DNA of 64,000 bases, taken from contig CT868085.1 in assembly GCA_000165425.1 (NCBI GenBank), positions 434,001-498,000 of the forward strand, given 5' to 3'. Below, in pieces: positions 43,873 through 58,642 of this stretch. Positions within the stretch are counted from its first letter, which is position 1; each line of letters opens with the position of its first letter. Origin of the DNA: Paramecium tetraurelia. Its lineage: Eukaryota. Made by a program: the position numbers and the translations under genes. The notes under the pieces are model-generated. The model saw nothing but the letters and a program-made list of their open reading frames with translations, did not search any database and had not been told where the DNA came from.

Positions 43873-45041
43873 AAGATATATTCAATAATTACATCATAAA
43901 TTTTAATAATGTACAAAAAAAGTTCTCATTTGGAAAGAAAAATCAATCCAATTGATTCATTCATATGGATACACGAATAAAAGTGTTTTAAGTGAAAAGA
44001 AACACAATAAATTACTTAATATTAGAAACTAAAATGTTTGCTATTCATTTTTTAAGGTGAAGTTGTTAGTAATAAGCTCTTATAAAGACTGCAAATATAT
44101 TATTGAAATGCCCTATCGATGCTAATTATAAGACTTTACTATTCTTCAGATTTAGTAAAATCAAAATCTTTGATTATTTATCTTCTTGGCCAATTTTACA
44201 TGAATCAACTTCATAATTTTTCATATATACTCACTACATTAAGAAAAAGCAATCTCTATTCAATCTTTAAATTTTATAGAATCTTTATTACTTTATACAT
44301 TTACCATAAAGTGTTAATCAAATTACTATATATACCTGTCTCATGACAAATCATTAATGCTTGTATCTGTCTCTGTCTCTCAATTAAAAAACAGCGACCA
44401 AACATTAAAATTTTGAATATCTGAAAGAAAGTAATGTAGAGAATTTAGAAAATTGTTCTCTATAATTAGAGTATATAAAATAAAAAAGAGAGAACAGCTT
44501 GAAAGGTATAATTAAAAAGGGAGCAAAATTAGAACCCAAAATTATTCTTATCATTATTCTGAAGGAAATACTTCATATAATAGAATGCGATAAAACTTGT
44601 TTGCTAAATTTATAATATCTTGACTTATAAAATTATTTAATTGCAAGGACTATAAAATATGTATACGTTGAAAGACCTTCAAATTATAGATCTTCGTGTG
44701 ATTATAGTTTTTTCCAAAAATAATACATTATTAATTAATTTTATATAAATTTTAAGTTTAGAATCCTGAAATCAGAACAAAATATGTCAAATTAGTTTTT
44801 AAAGAATTCTTAATAAAAATATAATAATGAAACTTATAAATCAAATATAATATTCAGCTCTAGTAAATATATACGGAGTGATAAGCTAGGTTAATGAACT
44901 GTAATTTTCTATTAATTTAAACTAGTATTAGTAAATGGAATTTGGCGTATCTCTCATGAGATGATACAATTAAGCTTTTTATCAATAAGGGCTAATAAAA
45001 CAGTGTTTTAAATTTATTTGATATATTTCATTAATAATTAA

Positions 45042-48000
45042 ATGAACTCTCCGCCGCCCAATAGCAAATCAACTGATGCTCAATTCAAATTGGGATTGTT
45101 GAAAGTATTAAGGAGCAATTACTTTGCAGAAGTGGATAGGATGACAGAGGCACATAATTAAGGATTATTTGTAAAAATCAAAAATAGAAATAGGAATCAA
45201 TTATTGATGAGAAAGAATGGTTGAATTGCGGTAAACCTATAGTGGATAAACGACCTGTGCATGAAGCGAAGAGAGCTAATGAAAAAGAAGTTTAAGATGA
45301 AGGAGAGGAACAGAGAAAATAGAGATTGGAGAATTTGAATTTGTATTTGATGGATGGTGTTTTCAAGGCAGGTGAAGAGATGGGATTACAAGAGTGGAAT
45401 AAAAGAAGATTGGAAAAATCTCTGATTTCAGAATAAAAATTTTATTATTTCGATGATGATGGAAATCTGGTTGCAGATAGGGAATTTTTTGAGGAAAAAA
45501 TTTAAAGATTATTTCTAATTGATTTCGATGAAAACCTGGCATTGTAAACACACCAGAGACCTGCTTCAAGATGTGCAAGAGAAAACCAAAATAAACAGTT
45601 ACCATTCAGATTAGACATCTTTATTGGAGTATTACAATTCTCTTACCATCCTCAATTTTCAAGAGAAGATTAGTATGTTGCAGATCTCAAATATCTGATT
45701 AAGAAATATCGAAAGAGGGCAGATTTGGCTCTGATTCCACATTACTAAAAGACATTAAACATTTTAGAAAAAGAGACAACAGAGTTGTAAAGTAGACCAG
45801 ATGATACCAAGATGGAGATGGAAATGATTTAGTTGGAGAAAGAAAGATTAAGAGAGGAGTTAAGAAAAGAGATAGACAATTTACAGAAATTGATGGAATA
45901 GATATATGCAAAGTGGGATACCATAAAGGAGGAAAGAAAGACAGTTGGGGCAACTTCGTCTCCTTATAAGTTAGGAGTCAGATTTTACAATTCAACTGAT
46001 AATACAAAGGAAGTGGATTTTATATTATAATAAATAGAAATACATAAGGAAAGTAATAAGGATTAGATAATAAGTAAGGCAGAGGAGGCTAGAAGGTAGA
46101 CAATTAGAAGTTTTAGAGTTCAATTAGAAATTGTAATAAACAATCAAGTGGTTGCATAAACAAGAAAGGTTAATTTGGATTGGCCATCTTTTGAGGCTAG
46201 AATTATGGAGAAACTTTAGGTGTATGTGTTTACAAAGCCAACAAGTGTTAAACTGAGGATATGGAAAGTGCAATTGATTAATAAGTTAATAGATGAGATT
46301 GAGATAGAATTGCCAGGTGAGAAATCCTTTGCCATAACTAGTACTGGATTTGTTTTGAAGGAAGCATATTTTGCATAAGGTAGAAAGACAATAAGAGACA
46401 CTCGTTATTAGGACTTGATTAGTTAAAACAATAAAGCTTTGAATTACAAATCGACAGAGGAGGAATTTGAAGGGTTTATCTCATTCAGAACAGAATGGCC
46501 GGATTTTGGTCCCAAAATGCCACCTGAAAGTCTTGATATGCAGTATCATTAATTGGAGACTAAATATGAAGATGAATTGGGAGATGCTGATGATATTGAA
46601 AAGATGATTGTAGATGAGAAATACTTTGATATTAATGATCCTAGAAATGAGGAACTATTTGAAAAATTGACTAAGAAACAAGATAAGCAGACTGAAGTAG
46701 TTTCAGGTGAATGTGTCGTTCCGTATTCTAATATTAAGAGTAAGAGACAGCAATTATTGAAACTCAAATTTGTTTAACCTCAACTGAGCAAGTACAAGAT
46801 TCCTTTGTTGGAGCAATAAATAGAAAGAGATGGAGAATTAACCTAGTTTTTGGGTGAGGATGATGATTAAATGGATTATGAGAAGGAGTTGAGGAATTAA
46901 AATAAGGAAGATCAATTCCAGATTTTAGGAGATTATATCAATGATGAGGCAACTAAATAAAGATTATTGTCTATCTAAAAGACTCTATAAGCTAGAAAGA
47001 TAGAAGCCAAATTGAAGAGAGCCAAGAATTAGAGTGGTTTAATCTCAATTGAAAATGTAGTGAATGAATTTCATTTTGAAGCTGCTGCATCTCTATTGGC
47101 AGAATGCATCAAATCTATATTTACAAAGAGAAGAAAGTTAGGACCTTAAAAAAGAACTAATTTGGATAAGAAAAACCCTACTTAATTGTCTGAAGTTTAA
47201 ATAAGTGCATTAGTTATTCAGGGAAATAATGTCCCTATCAGATCATCTGATGTAAGTAAACTATTGGAAGTAAAATAAAAATTAAATCAATATAATTCAG
47301 TCAAAGAAACAATAGAATTATTGGGGAAAATCAAAAAGGTTAGTCCCATCATTTAAGTTTCATTAGACATCCAATCAGAGAATGTGAAGATCATTAGGAA
47401 CATTGATGTCCTCAAGAAGAAATAGAAGCCTCAATTGCCAGGTTAATTGTAAGCATTTGGTTAGTAGGAGGATGAGGAATATGAAGCTGACATTGAAAGG
47501 TTAATCATTGGATAAAAAGATGATTAATTGACATCTGAAGTTGAAGGAGTCAACCCAGAATGGAATGAACTTATTGATTTTCGAATTGGAAGAGAATTTA
47601 AATAGTAGTAATTTGATCCTGAAGATTTGATTAATTCAAGAAATAAGGTCACTTTCACCCTATTTGATCAAATTGGTTGGTTCAAATAGAAAGGTATGAA
47701 TACCTAGGAACATACACTCACAATCACAAGAAGATATATAGGTTCAGTGACCATACCATTATTAAATCTATTTTAATAAGAAAAAATGAGTGGAAGATTT
47801 AGGATCAATAGACCATTGTTCTTGTTAAATTATCGAACTTTGAATGTTGAGAACTTCTTGATGGACCAAAGGAATCAGACATCATAATAAAATGAATTAT
47901 AGAGTATATTCAATTAAAGTATATTTAGATTTGCATAATAATTTCGATATTATAGATCCTCATATCCCAACCACAATAGAATTAACAATGACATTGGAGC

Positions 48001-49476
48001 CTTCAATAAAAGTCAATGAGGATTTAAGTGCCACTACCTATTTTCCAGGAGCTGAGAGTACAAACCTGTTCTTATACGGAATTAGACAATTGAATAGATA
48101 CAGAGAATAGTTTAAAGATCGTTACATTAAATTCTGGGCTGAGAATCTAAAAGGTGAATCAGTATTCTTGCCAAGATTCATAACTCCTTTGAAACCACCC
48201 GAGATAGATTTCACTGCAAATTCAATAGAAAAGGCAGCGAGATATGTTTCATTGATTCCGTTTAGAAATGACACTGAAGTCTTTAGAGATTTACCTGACA
48301 TCTATTGTAACAGCCAAGAATTCATAGATTTAAGAGCAGGAGATTTTGAAGAACATGCCCTGTTATTGTGCAATTTCTTTATGTATATTGACGAAAAGAT
48401 ACTAAAAAGAGATGATATCAAAAATTATGTGGTAATGGGAAGGGGATTGCCCGAAGGCAAAACTTAGTATGTTATGAGAAGATTCACTAAGTCAAATTTT
48501 GTGGAATTGTGGAATCCATAGACTGGTGAAGTGTTTGTCTTTCAGAATTAAGAATACGTTAAAACATTATTCTGCTTTACAGTTTCAAAAGGATATAAAA
48601 ATTTAAATGATGTGGATGATGATGCATGTCCATTAACAAATATTGGATGCATTTTTGATAATTAGAACATTTATATTAACATTCAAAACACAGAGGCTCC
48701 AAGTGAAATGAATTTTAATATAGAAGACACTCACTTTTGGGAACCCCTCTTGAATAAAGATCAAATAAAAGCATTCTTCCCAAAAGGTATATTACCAATA
48801 TCAAACGAACTTGTATTTGATGTTCCAAGTGTGGAAAGATCAATTCTTGTCCAAGATGAATTGGATAAGTTCTTGAAGAATAAAATCAAAGACTATAGAT
48901 TTGAGGATCTAGGATAGAAGAAGGCTCACTTTACAACGACTTTCAACAATCAAAGATATGCATAATTGACTGAATTTATAAGAGATAGAGTGTTGTTTGA
49001 TCTGGAATCATTCAAGTTTAGAATTAGAACTACTGGATTAGCAGTATACATCCATTATTATTTTAGAGTGAATATGGGGCCAAAAAGAATAATGACTAAC
49101 AATAATAAGATCAATAGAATCATGAAGAGCAAGAACCAATAAATCATGAGAGCAATCAATAGTGGACATATTAGAAATCTTTGGATTACTTAAAGAAATT
49201 GTAGGAGATGTTGATTCGACAATAAGTAAGAATTGTACAATATTTAAGGAAAAACATGTGAGAGGAAGTAAAGAGATGTATGGATTTCCTCTGAACTTCT
49301 CCTTTGTTGATTACGAAAGAGCATGGGATGAGATCAAAGCCACAGGAATTGCAGATATTATGAGTGATGATATTGAATTTCTTTGCATTACTAGATGCTT
49401 CCCTTATCCTCACTATGTCTTGTCAACATGGGTATTTATAGCAGTCCTCTATAAATCGAAACCAGCTGATATGTGA
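45042..49476 (+). CDS. CC2D2A: CC2D2A/MKS6 ciliary transition-zone protein
   Basis: C2-type segments (GVNPEWNE, FTLFDQ, RRYIGSVTIP), AARYVSLIPF, AGDFEEHALLLCNFF, GRGLPEG, GFPLN and PYPHYVLSTWVFIA C-terminus. Confidence 0.88.
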
Positions 49477-49535
49477 TGACAACATTTTTATTAATTTTAT
49501 TCATTACCATCTTAATCATTAATTATTTCATTATA

Positions 49536-50144
49536 ATGAATTAGCAATTATAAGGAATTCCAGAAACCATTGATTTGAAACTAGAATTCTTTAATGAACG
49601 CAAACAATAAGAACTACATAAAAGAGCCAGAATGCTAAGATTCACACAGTTAAAAACTAAAGGTTATACCTTTGGTTTGGGTAGATATGTAACTTTATTT
49701 TTCTACATTCTAGCCATTGGAGAGGTAATTAGAAACTCCAGGGCCTGGTCACTATTCTACCCAATAACCAGAAACTCTGATCAGTTACAGTATGGGAGTG
49801 AGACTAAATTAAAAAGGTATTTATGATAAAATTTTGGTAAGTTCATAAATTTGAGGTTCCGCCTTTGGGTACGTATGAAATTAAAGGATTAGATAAATAT
49901 GGTTACTATTCCAATTCGAAATTTAAAAATGCTTGCGCAGCTCTCTTTAGTCCCCTGAAAAACAGTAGTGCTAAATAAGTACTGTGAATACATTAAAAAG
50001 TCAATTGCATCTCCTGGTCCTGGTGATTATGAATTGCCAGGTAGTATTAATTCAAAAGGGAAGCATTTCGTTTCTAATTTTAAAACGAATTAAGGTTGGG
50101 CACTTGGCAAAAAGTCACTCTTTCAAAGAAAACCTTATTATTGA
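49536..50144 (+). CDS. SHIPPO/STPG (PGPG-repeat) ODF3-like axonemal protein
   Basis: TPGPGHY, VPPLGTY, SPGPGDY repeats with GYTFG-type spacers; tiny introns. Confidence 0.75.
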
Positions 50145-50397
50145 AATAAGTAGATTTAAATTTTCTAAAATATTTATTAAATGTAAAATTGTCCTACAAT
50201 TATATAAATGTTTATATATCTTAAGTTTATAATGGTTAAAAGGTGATTTTACATTCGGATAAAATATGAAATTATTATGGGACAAATAAAATTGATTTTG
50301 AATATCATTAGAGAAATCATTTATTTTATATATAGATCCATAATATTATAAGGATTGTTTGTTAACACAATTTAATCTTCATAAATATCTATAAATT

Positions 50398-51619
50398 TCA
50401 GAGCAATTAATGAATTGCATTCAAATATTGCAAAACAGGTTTATAGTACCATCTTTTTGGATGCAGCACTCCTTCAAACCATGATATATGTCCACCAACT
50501 TGGGTCATTAAGGAAATTAGATTTGGATTCTTTAATATAGCGTCTCTTGGATAGACTGCCCTATTATTTATTACTGGATCATCGAAAGAACCCAAAAAAA
50601 ATACAGGGATTTTGACAAACTCCATATAGTTAGCACATTGAATTGATAAATAATGGAAGTCTACAGAAGGCGCACCAAATATTGGTTTAGTGAAGTAGGT
50701 ATCAAATTCTAAGGAAGTCTTGGCTTACTACACCTTATTCAAGTCCAAATTGATGTGCTTAGGTATCGGCAAGTATTGATCTATCTTTCTTACTATTAAA
50801 TTCATAAGATTACTCCCTCGCTATTCTTTATCTATGTTTTCTTATATAAGAATCAGACAAACTATCTTCTAAATATCGCATGCCAAGTTAAAAGTCATAA
50901 GGATTTCCAACACTGACAGCTACCTTAATCAATGGGTCAGTTCCATTGCTTCCACACATTCCCAAATACTTTAGAAGTGTATTGGAACCGAAACTATGGC
51001 CTATAGCATATATAGTGCTTTTATTATGTTGCTTTGCAATATATTCCAAAACCCTTCTAAAATCCTCTACATGATGAAAGTTTCCTATCTATGGCAGTAT
51101 TTATCTTTTTGGATCCAAATAGATCCTATTATTAAATAGTCTATCATTATATAATACAATCCTCCAATCAGATTAATTCTGGCAAAATTTAGAGAAAAAG
51201 TTAGTTATATAAGGTTCAACCCTTGAAGCAGTCAAACCACTTAAAACAACGACCAAAGGCTTACCTTCTGTTATTTTTGCTTCCTTCTCACTTATTTTCC
51301 CTTCGTAACTTCCCCAATCCAATGCGAAACAACCAAAATCCTTTCCGAAATCTACATATTCCCTCACGAATTTTAGTTTCGGATCCACATCTTATACTTT
51401 AGAAGCAATAATGGCTTATAACAATCCTGTGAATAAATATGGCGTATAGTAAAACATTTTCTATTTCGATTAAATGGATAGGCATACATTTTTAATAATA
51501 CTGCATCTATTAATGATTGAAGTGTTAAGGTCATTAGTCACATAATCCAATTAACATCTGCAAGTCCAAAAGTAATACAATATCAAGGCTAGCAAAATTA
51601 CGAGAATAATATAATACAT
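50398..51619 (-). CDS. Alpha/beta hydrolase, ABHD1-3/YheT/Eht1 family, N-terminal membrane anchor
   Basis: MYYIILVILLALIL; PLVVVLSGLT; GHSFGSN nucleophile; GSFDDP; GGHISWFEG. Confidence 0.88.
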
Positions 51620-52041
51620 ATATTAATTGTTTTAAAAATAACTTAATCAAGCTCTTTTCTTATCTTTAACTGAATTCATCCTTTGAGGTTATGCAGAGAT
51701 ATGGCAATTCATAAACAACTCCATTTTTACTTTGTTTATGTGTAAAATGAGTAAATATCAGTTACATATCTCTCAAATAACTTTATATAAGAATAAATGC
51801 AATTTAAAGATAGACATTGATTTGAATCGATAATTCTTACCTTTTTCTTATGTAGTTCTACAGACAAATTAATTTTGTAATTTATTTTGTTATCAATACT
51901 TTATTAAATGAGATGATTTTATAGAATACCAGTTAATCTTAGTTCTTTGTTTACGATATCTATATGATAATACTTTCAGTGTAGATACTAACATTGAATA
52001 AATGCTTTATAAAATTTTAAAAATCATTAAATAAATATAAA

Positions 52042-53006
52042 ATGAAAACCTCTCCATAATCATTTTAAAGGGAAATGGAGGAAACCGTTTGGCACACTAG
52101 AAAATAAAGATAAGAGACGGAGAAGGATATTCAATTAATGAAGAATCGTCTTAAGTTATTAAAGCGAGGGGATGCTCAGTTATCTAAGAGAATTGATGAA
52201 ACTAAAAAGAAAACTTAATCCATGATTGACTTAAAAACGAATCATCATTAACAGATTGAATAGGTAATGAAGTATATATATGTTTTATTAGAAAAAGCTA
52301 AATCAAAAAAATGGTGAGGCATAATTGAAGGAGAAATAGTAATTAAATTACGATCAAAAAAAACAATAAGAAGAACAACTAGAAATGATTAAAAAAGCAA
52401 TGGAATAAATTAAATTAGAGGAATATAAAAAAATTAAGTATCAATCTAAAATTATTAAATAGAGAGTTATCAATAAGAAATGCTGAGATGATTAATAAAT
52501 AAAAATAAGATTTCATGGTTAAGAATAGGGAAAAGAGAGAACACATCAAAGAGATTATGCATAAATCCAAATCCAATATTTCTCTTTATTGGAATGAAAA
52601 ATTATCTCACATATAAAAAGAAAATGAAAAGTATTTATATCTAATAATATACAATAGAGCAAAAGTAGAAAATAAAAAAGCATGTGAATAAAATAAAGCC
52701 TATTAAGAAAAGATGGAAATGGAAGAATCCTATATGATGTAGAAATTAATGAGATCCCAAGAAGTGTAAAAAAAATTAGCAATTAAATTGGAAAAAGCAA
52801 AGAATTTACCTCATGATGAATTTAATTAGATGATTAGAGAGGAGGAAGAAAACTCTAATAATTTGAGAGTAAATAAAAGTGCCGAAATTCCAAGATGGCT
52901 ACCAACTCCAGAGAAAGACTCTGCAATTATCCAAGATTTAGACACCGAACCAAAACAAGATTCAGATCAATAGAAAAATGAAGATAATTAACAATAACAA
53001 GAATGA
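52042..53006 (+). CDS. Coiled-coil hypothetical protein
   Basis: EKDIQLMKNRLKLLKR... heptads; two tiny introns restore the frame. Confidence 0.7.
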
Positions 53007-53130
53007 TCTAAATATAAATATCTAAATTTAATTAGATTAAATGATAATCTTTAAATAAATCTTATCAAAATACACTATAAAGATTTGTTTTCTTTAGTTG
53101 TAAGAATAGATTTAAATAATTAATTTTAAC

Positions 53131-54067
53131 ATGATTCTATTTAATAAATATAATATAATTATGATTTTAAACCAAACCTTCCACAAACGAAATATAATGT
53201 TAAAAATATCATTAAATATATTACTGATGATCTATTCATTAATAATAGAGATCTGTAAAGTTCTTACTCTTAATATTAAAGAACTATGAAAGAATAGAGA
53301 CTACTTTTTATTAGTATTCATTAGATATTAAAATAACATATAAAATTTATGTAAATTAATGGCCGTTTAACTTCAGGTGATAAATACCCTGAAGCCAATA
53401 TAGAAAAAGAGGCGGCTGAAATGGCATCGAGAATTATGGAGAGAGTTCGTTAAAAATCAAATGTCAAATCTGCTTAAAGGATAATAGTGAAACCAGAAAA
53501 TTTTAGATCAAGTGATTATAAACCTAGACCTTCTGATATTCAAATCGGTAGGGAAGGAACCACATCTATTACTGATCGTAATGAACTCAATTTTGAACCT
53601 AATTTCAATCAATTCAATCCCCTCAAAAATGGCTTTACATCAAAAAACAATTTAATCGAAACCATTAAAATACCTTAAAGATCATAGTTCAAATCGGCAT
53701 CTACAGGTATGTAAGACATCTTTTAAAAAACTGTTAAATTAAACAATAACAATTATTACGTACCTGAATTTTAATCATAATCTACTACTGATAAACCAGA
53801 TAGCACTAAATTAATTAAACTAACGTATACAATCTTATTAATAATAATAGTGATAGTGTAAGTAGTCTGGTAAATCAGAAATACGATCTATAAGCTAAAC
53901 ATAGAAGAGTAGAAAGTAATACACAATTTAAGCCCATTTTAAATACAAAACCGTATCAATTACACACTCCTGTTAAGTAGAATAAAGAAGACATAGTTTC
54001 ATAATTATTAGGAAGTTTACGAAATCAGAAGAAATACTCAGACTATAAAAATTCAGCTGAAAAATGA
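53131..54067 (+). CDS. Hypothetical protein
   Basis: Long code-6 frame that includes VKPENFRSSDYKPRP; one tiny intron near 53824; start uncertain. Confidence 0.55.
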
Positions 54068-55735
54068 ACTACTATATAAAAATTTAATTTACTCTAAAAT
54101 AAATAAGTACAAGATAAATCTAATTAAATCCATTTTCATGTAATAATTAAGTAAATTCACATAATTAAATCACATATAATAATTTATCTGATATTTTTTT
54201 AAATTTACTTTTTTTTATCATTAGGTAATTTGTTTAAAAAATAAATTTTAATACATCAATTATTAGGTTTAAATAAATTATCATAATAATATATATAAAT
54301 TTTATTAGAATAAGTATTTCTTGAATTAAAGCATTGGTTAATAATATTTGATTAAATTGTAATATTAGTAGTCATTACTTTGCGTGAGTTGTATATTTAA
54401 TATCTATTAGACTAAATATATTATTCTAAAAATAGTTATTCATGAAATTTACACTAAAATTCCATGCTAATATTGACGTATGTAGGAAATATATTCATCA
54501 CTTTTTAAAATTTAATATTTTTATTCCTTATATCAAAAATGTTTATTAACTCCTCTTATAACGTTTCGAAAAAAAAAATTATCATAAAAAATTTTTAGAC
54601 AACCCCCATAAATTTCCATATTTGATTTGAATTATAATACTAAGACAAAAGGCATCGATTTTTATCGAATTGATTTTTGAATTCATCAACAATTTATTGT
54701 CTTTAATTTATGTAATTTCTTTTTATTGAGGAATATAATATTAAATATCTTTAATTATATGAAAAAATTCTTAATTAACTTTGATCATAAGTCATGAATA
54801 TTTTATATGCTTAAGACTTCATATAAAAATTCAAGGTGAAAAGATAGAATTTGAAATTTAAAAATTAAATAACCATTAATTTTTTTAGGAAAACTTGAAT
54901 AGTAATAAATTCAAACAATTAAATTTAATTTAATCGATTTTAAAGCTTCTTGTATATCTATTAAATTCAAATTGACTTTGAATAAGTAAATACTTCTATT
55001 ATTCTTAATATTAATCGAGCTATTTAATTTGTTTGAGGCTTTTCTTAGAGCTGTAAACAAGGTCATGTTCAATTTTTTATCAGAAATTATGAATTTGTAT
55101 CATTAGGAAAAATTCAAGATATTAAGAAAGCATTTGTACCTTCTGTAATATATTTAAAAATCTATATGGGGGGGATCATTTTGATTTGAGATGTAAGTTA
55201 TATTTATGTAAGTATTAATTTTGAATGTTGCGTTTGAGGTATCAACAAGACAAAATATAAATAAATAACATATAAGGTTTATTGATTTTAAAAATATAAA
55301 TTAATCGAAACATTATGATAAAAAAATATAGCATTTAATTTGCTTCACAAGAAATAGAGTAAATATACAGGTCATCTCTATTGATTGGGATAAAATATCG
55401 ACGGGAATATACATATGGAATATTATGTATCTATCTAGGACTGATTATAATAAAGTATAATTTATAACACGTTTTGCTACCTCAAATATTTGCAGCTGTT
55501 GGAATAACATTAGAATTGGCACTGTTTTTTTTTATGAAGAAATATTGGTAATAGAAAGAAATATTGATTACTCTGAATATGATTTTTATGGCTGCGATCT
55601 GTGAAAGCTTGAGATTATTTGGACTTGAGGATTATCAATGGTATTATGGTTAACATTCCACTTCGCTTAAATTAAGTAAGATATCAATCTTAAGCTTAGT
55701 AATTTATTTGTAGGGAAGTTAGTTTTTAATTTAAT

Positions 55736-56550
55736 NNNNNNNNNNNNNNNNNNNNNNNNNNNNNNNNNNNNNNNNNNNNNNNNNNNNNNNNNNNNNNNNN
55801 NNNNNNNNNNNNNNNNNNNNNNNNNNNNNNNNNNNNNNNNNNNNNNNNNNNNNNNNNNNNNNNNNNNNNNNNNNNNNNNNNNNNNNNNNNNNNNNNNNNN
55901 NNNNNNNNNNNNNNNNNNNNNNNNNNNNNNNNNNNNNNNNNNNNNNNNNNNNNNNNNNNNNNNNNNNNNNNNNNNNNNNNNNNNNNNNNNNNNNNNNNNN
56001 NNNNNNNNNNNNNNNNNNNNNNNNNNNNNNNNNNNNNNNNNNNNNNNNNNNNNNNNNNNNNNNNNNNNNNNNNNNNNNNNNNNNNNNNNNNNNNNNNNNN
56101 NNNNNNNNNNNNNNNNNNNNNNNNNNNNNNNNNNNNNNNNNNNNNNNNNNNNNNNNNNNNNNNNNNNNNNNNNNNNNNNNNNNNNNNNNNNNNNNNNNNN
56201 NNNNNNNNNNNNNNNNNNNNNNNNNNNNNNNNNNNNNNNNNNNNNNNNNNNNNNNNNNNNNNNNNNNNNNNNNNNNNNNNNNNNNNNNNNNNNNNNNNNN
56301 NNNNNNNNNNNNNNNNNNNNNNNNNNNNNNNNNNNNNNNNNNNNNNNNNNNNNNNNNNNNNNNNNNNNNNNNNNNNNNNNNNNNNNNNNNNNNNNNNNNN
56401 NNNNNNNNNNNNNNNNNNNNNNNNNNNNNNNNNNNNNNNNNNNNNNNNNNNNNNNNNNNNNNNNNNNNNNNNNNNNNNNNNNNNNNNNNNNNNNNNNNNN
56501 NNNNNNNNNNNNNNNNNNNNNNNNNNNNNNNNNNNNNNNNNNNNNNNNNN
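55736..56550. other. Assembly gap (815 N)
   Basis: Run of N. Confidence 1.
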
Positions 56551-57672
56551 AGATTGAATAAAGAGATAATTAGTAATATGTATTAATATAGATTAGTTTA
56601 GTATAATTCAAAAGTAAGTTTATCATTAATTACTCAATAAATGCAGCTCATTTAATCATTGCTTAGTTAATTATAAACCTTTACTCCCTTTAAGTAAGAC
56701 ATATTGACTAAATTCTAATAGACCCTGTAAAAATAAACGTAAATTAGTTATTATTTGTATAATCTTAATAATAATTTGCTGAATCTTTTTAAAATATCTC
56801 ATAGATTAGTTAAATACGAATTTCAAGAAATCTAAATTGAATAATTTTTTAAAAGTCTGTGTGATAATCTACTTATTAATTACAAATCAACAAAGTTTAT
56901 AAACTTCTCAACGAAAAAAGAGTTAATAAAAACAGATAAGAATAAATTAATTTCTATTATCATGAACATAATGGAATTCATGAAAATTTTACTGTCCATT
57001 ATACATTCAGAAGACAGTATAATTTATTAGATGCATCCAATGAAGAAACCTTTTTGTCTATCCATAAAACAATCCAAAGTGCATAAAGATTCCATTCAAA
57101 TAACTTTGACTCATCCTAATTTAAACATTACCAATCAAATGATTACTCTAATTTAAAATATCTAACCAGTTTCTATTGATGATAAAAAAAGAAATTGGAA
57201 TAGTAAGAACTATTTTGAAATGATTAATAATTTAAATTAAACACTCTCTGAAATGATTGATCATTATAAAAATGAGATGTAATCTGTTACATCAATTTCT
57301 TTAGGATTACAAAATATCAAATACAACCATACCAATCCTCAAGATAACTAAAAGAAATAATTTAACACTTTAGGATATATAATGGCTTCATACTTCATTA
57401 GTCAATTAGGTCCTTCTAATAAAATTTTATTCAAATAAGCTCTAATAGAAAATGATATGTTGAATCCTTAATATGTTTCAGCGCTTTATTAGACAAAGAT
57501 ACAATTTACCATTTATAAGGATTTGCAAAATTTTTCAAAAGAGGTTTCCCAAATAAAGAACATCTCTGTTGATGAGAATCAGTATTTTTCTCCAAAAAAA
57601 TATACTAATTAAGAAATTACTGAAAGATTACTCCAAATCCAAGTGGAAGATTAGATAAAAAGATTATTTTGA
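56551..57672 (+). CDS. Hypothetical protein, 5' end lost in the gap; frame not fully resolved
   Basis: Coding-like frame over about 57170-57672 ending RLF*. Confidence 0.4.
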
Positions 57673-57703
57673 ATACTAAAAAGGAAAACTTACACTAAAA
57701 ATA

Positions 57704-58585
57704 TCATTGATTATTATCATTATCCTATTTTTATTATTAAAATCGAGGGTATTCAAATATCAGGTCTTATTGTAAAGATTTGTCTAAAATACTAGTTTCA
57801 AATACACTAGATCTTTTGGCTGCTATACTCTTTTATAAGCTTTATGCTCGCGTTTATTAAGAAAAAATGTATTTAGATTTGATATCTGAGTTAGCTATTG
57901 AATTAAATGAAGTGTGCTTTTTGTTAGAAGAATCGAATCTAGCTTTTCTTACACTTGCTTATATCTACTATTAATAGTCTTAAAGCAATTTTGGTTCATT
58001 AGTTAGTAGTTTAAAATTTTCGTTATAGTTCAATAGATATTGATTTTCTTACAATTCTTCTTTGAATTTTTAAAGTGTTAGTTTGAGTTTTTCGTTTTTC
58101 TGGACTTACTTGAATAATGCTTCTTTTGTGAACATTAATTCCTAAGATATAGTTAAATGAATACATTTTCTAAAAATATATTTGTTTTCTTAAGTGTTTG
58201 GACGTTCTACTTTAATTGTTTACATTATTCATTTAGTGAATGACATTCTTATCTAAAGAGTACCATCTTATTTTATGCATTAACAACCTGCTTAAATAAT
58301 ATCAATTACTTATGATTCTTATTCGTTCATTGCAATGTATTGATGAAATTTCTCATTGATTTATTCAATATCTTTTTTAAGGGTTTCCAAAACTTACTTA
58401 AATGCATTTAAAATGTTGTTTTGTTATGATTTTAACATCTAATTTACATTTTTGTTAGTTTCACCTATGAGACCTTACATTTCTTAACAAAGTTCCTACA
58501 TATTTTTGGCTTAATCTGGATGTATTTTTTCAAGAGTTGGTAATATATTTTTATTTTCAGTTATGAATAGTGGTTACTCTGTCAT
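57704..58585 (-). CDS. Coiled-coil hypothetical protein
   Basis: MTEQPLFITE... with VLFRQECHSL heptads; tiny intron near 58287-58308. Confidence 0.6.
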
Positions 58586-58642
58586 TTAATATTTTAATAA
58601 AATATAAAAATAAATTAATAATCATAATTTCTGCTCATGATC

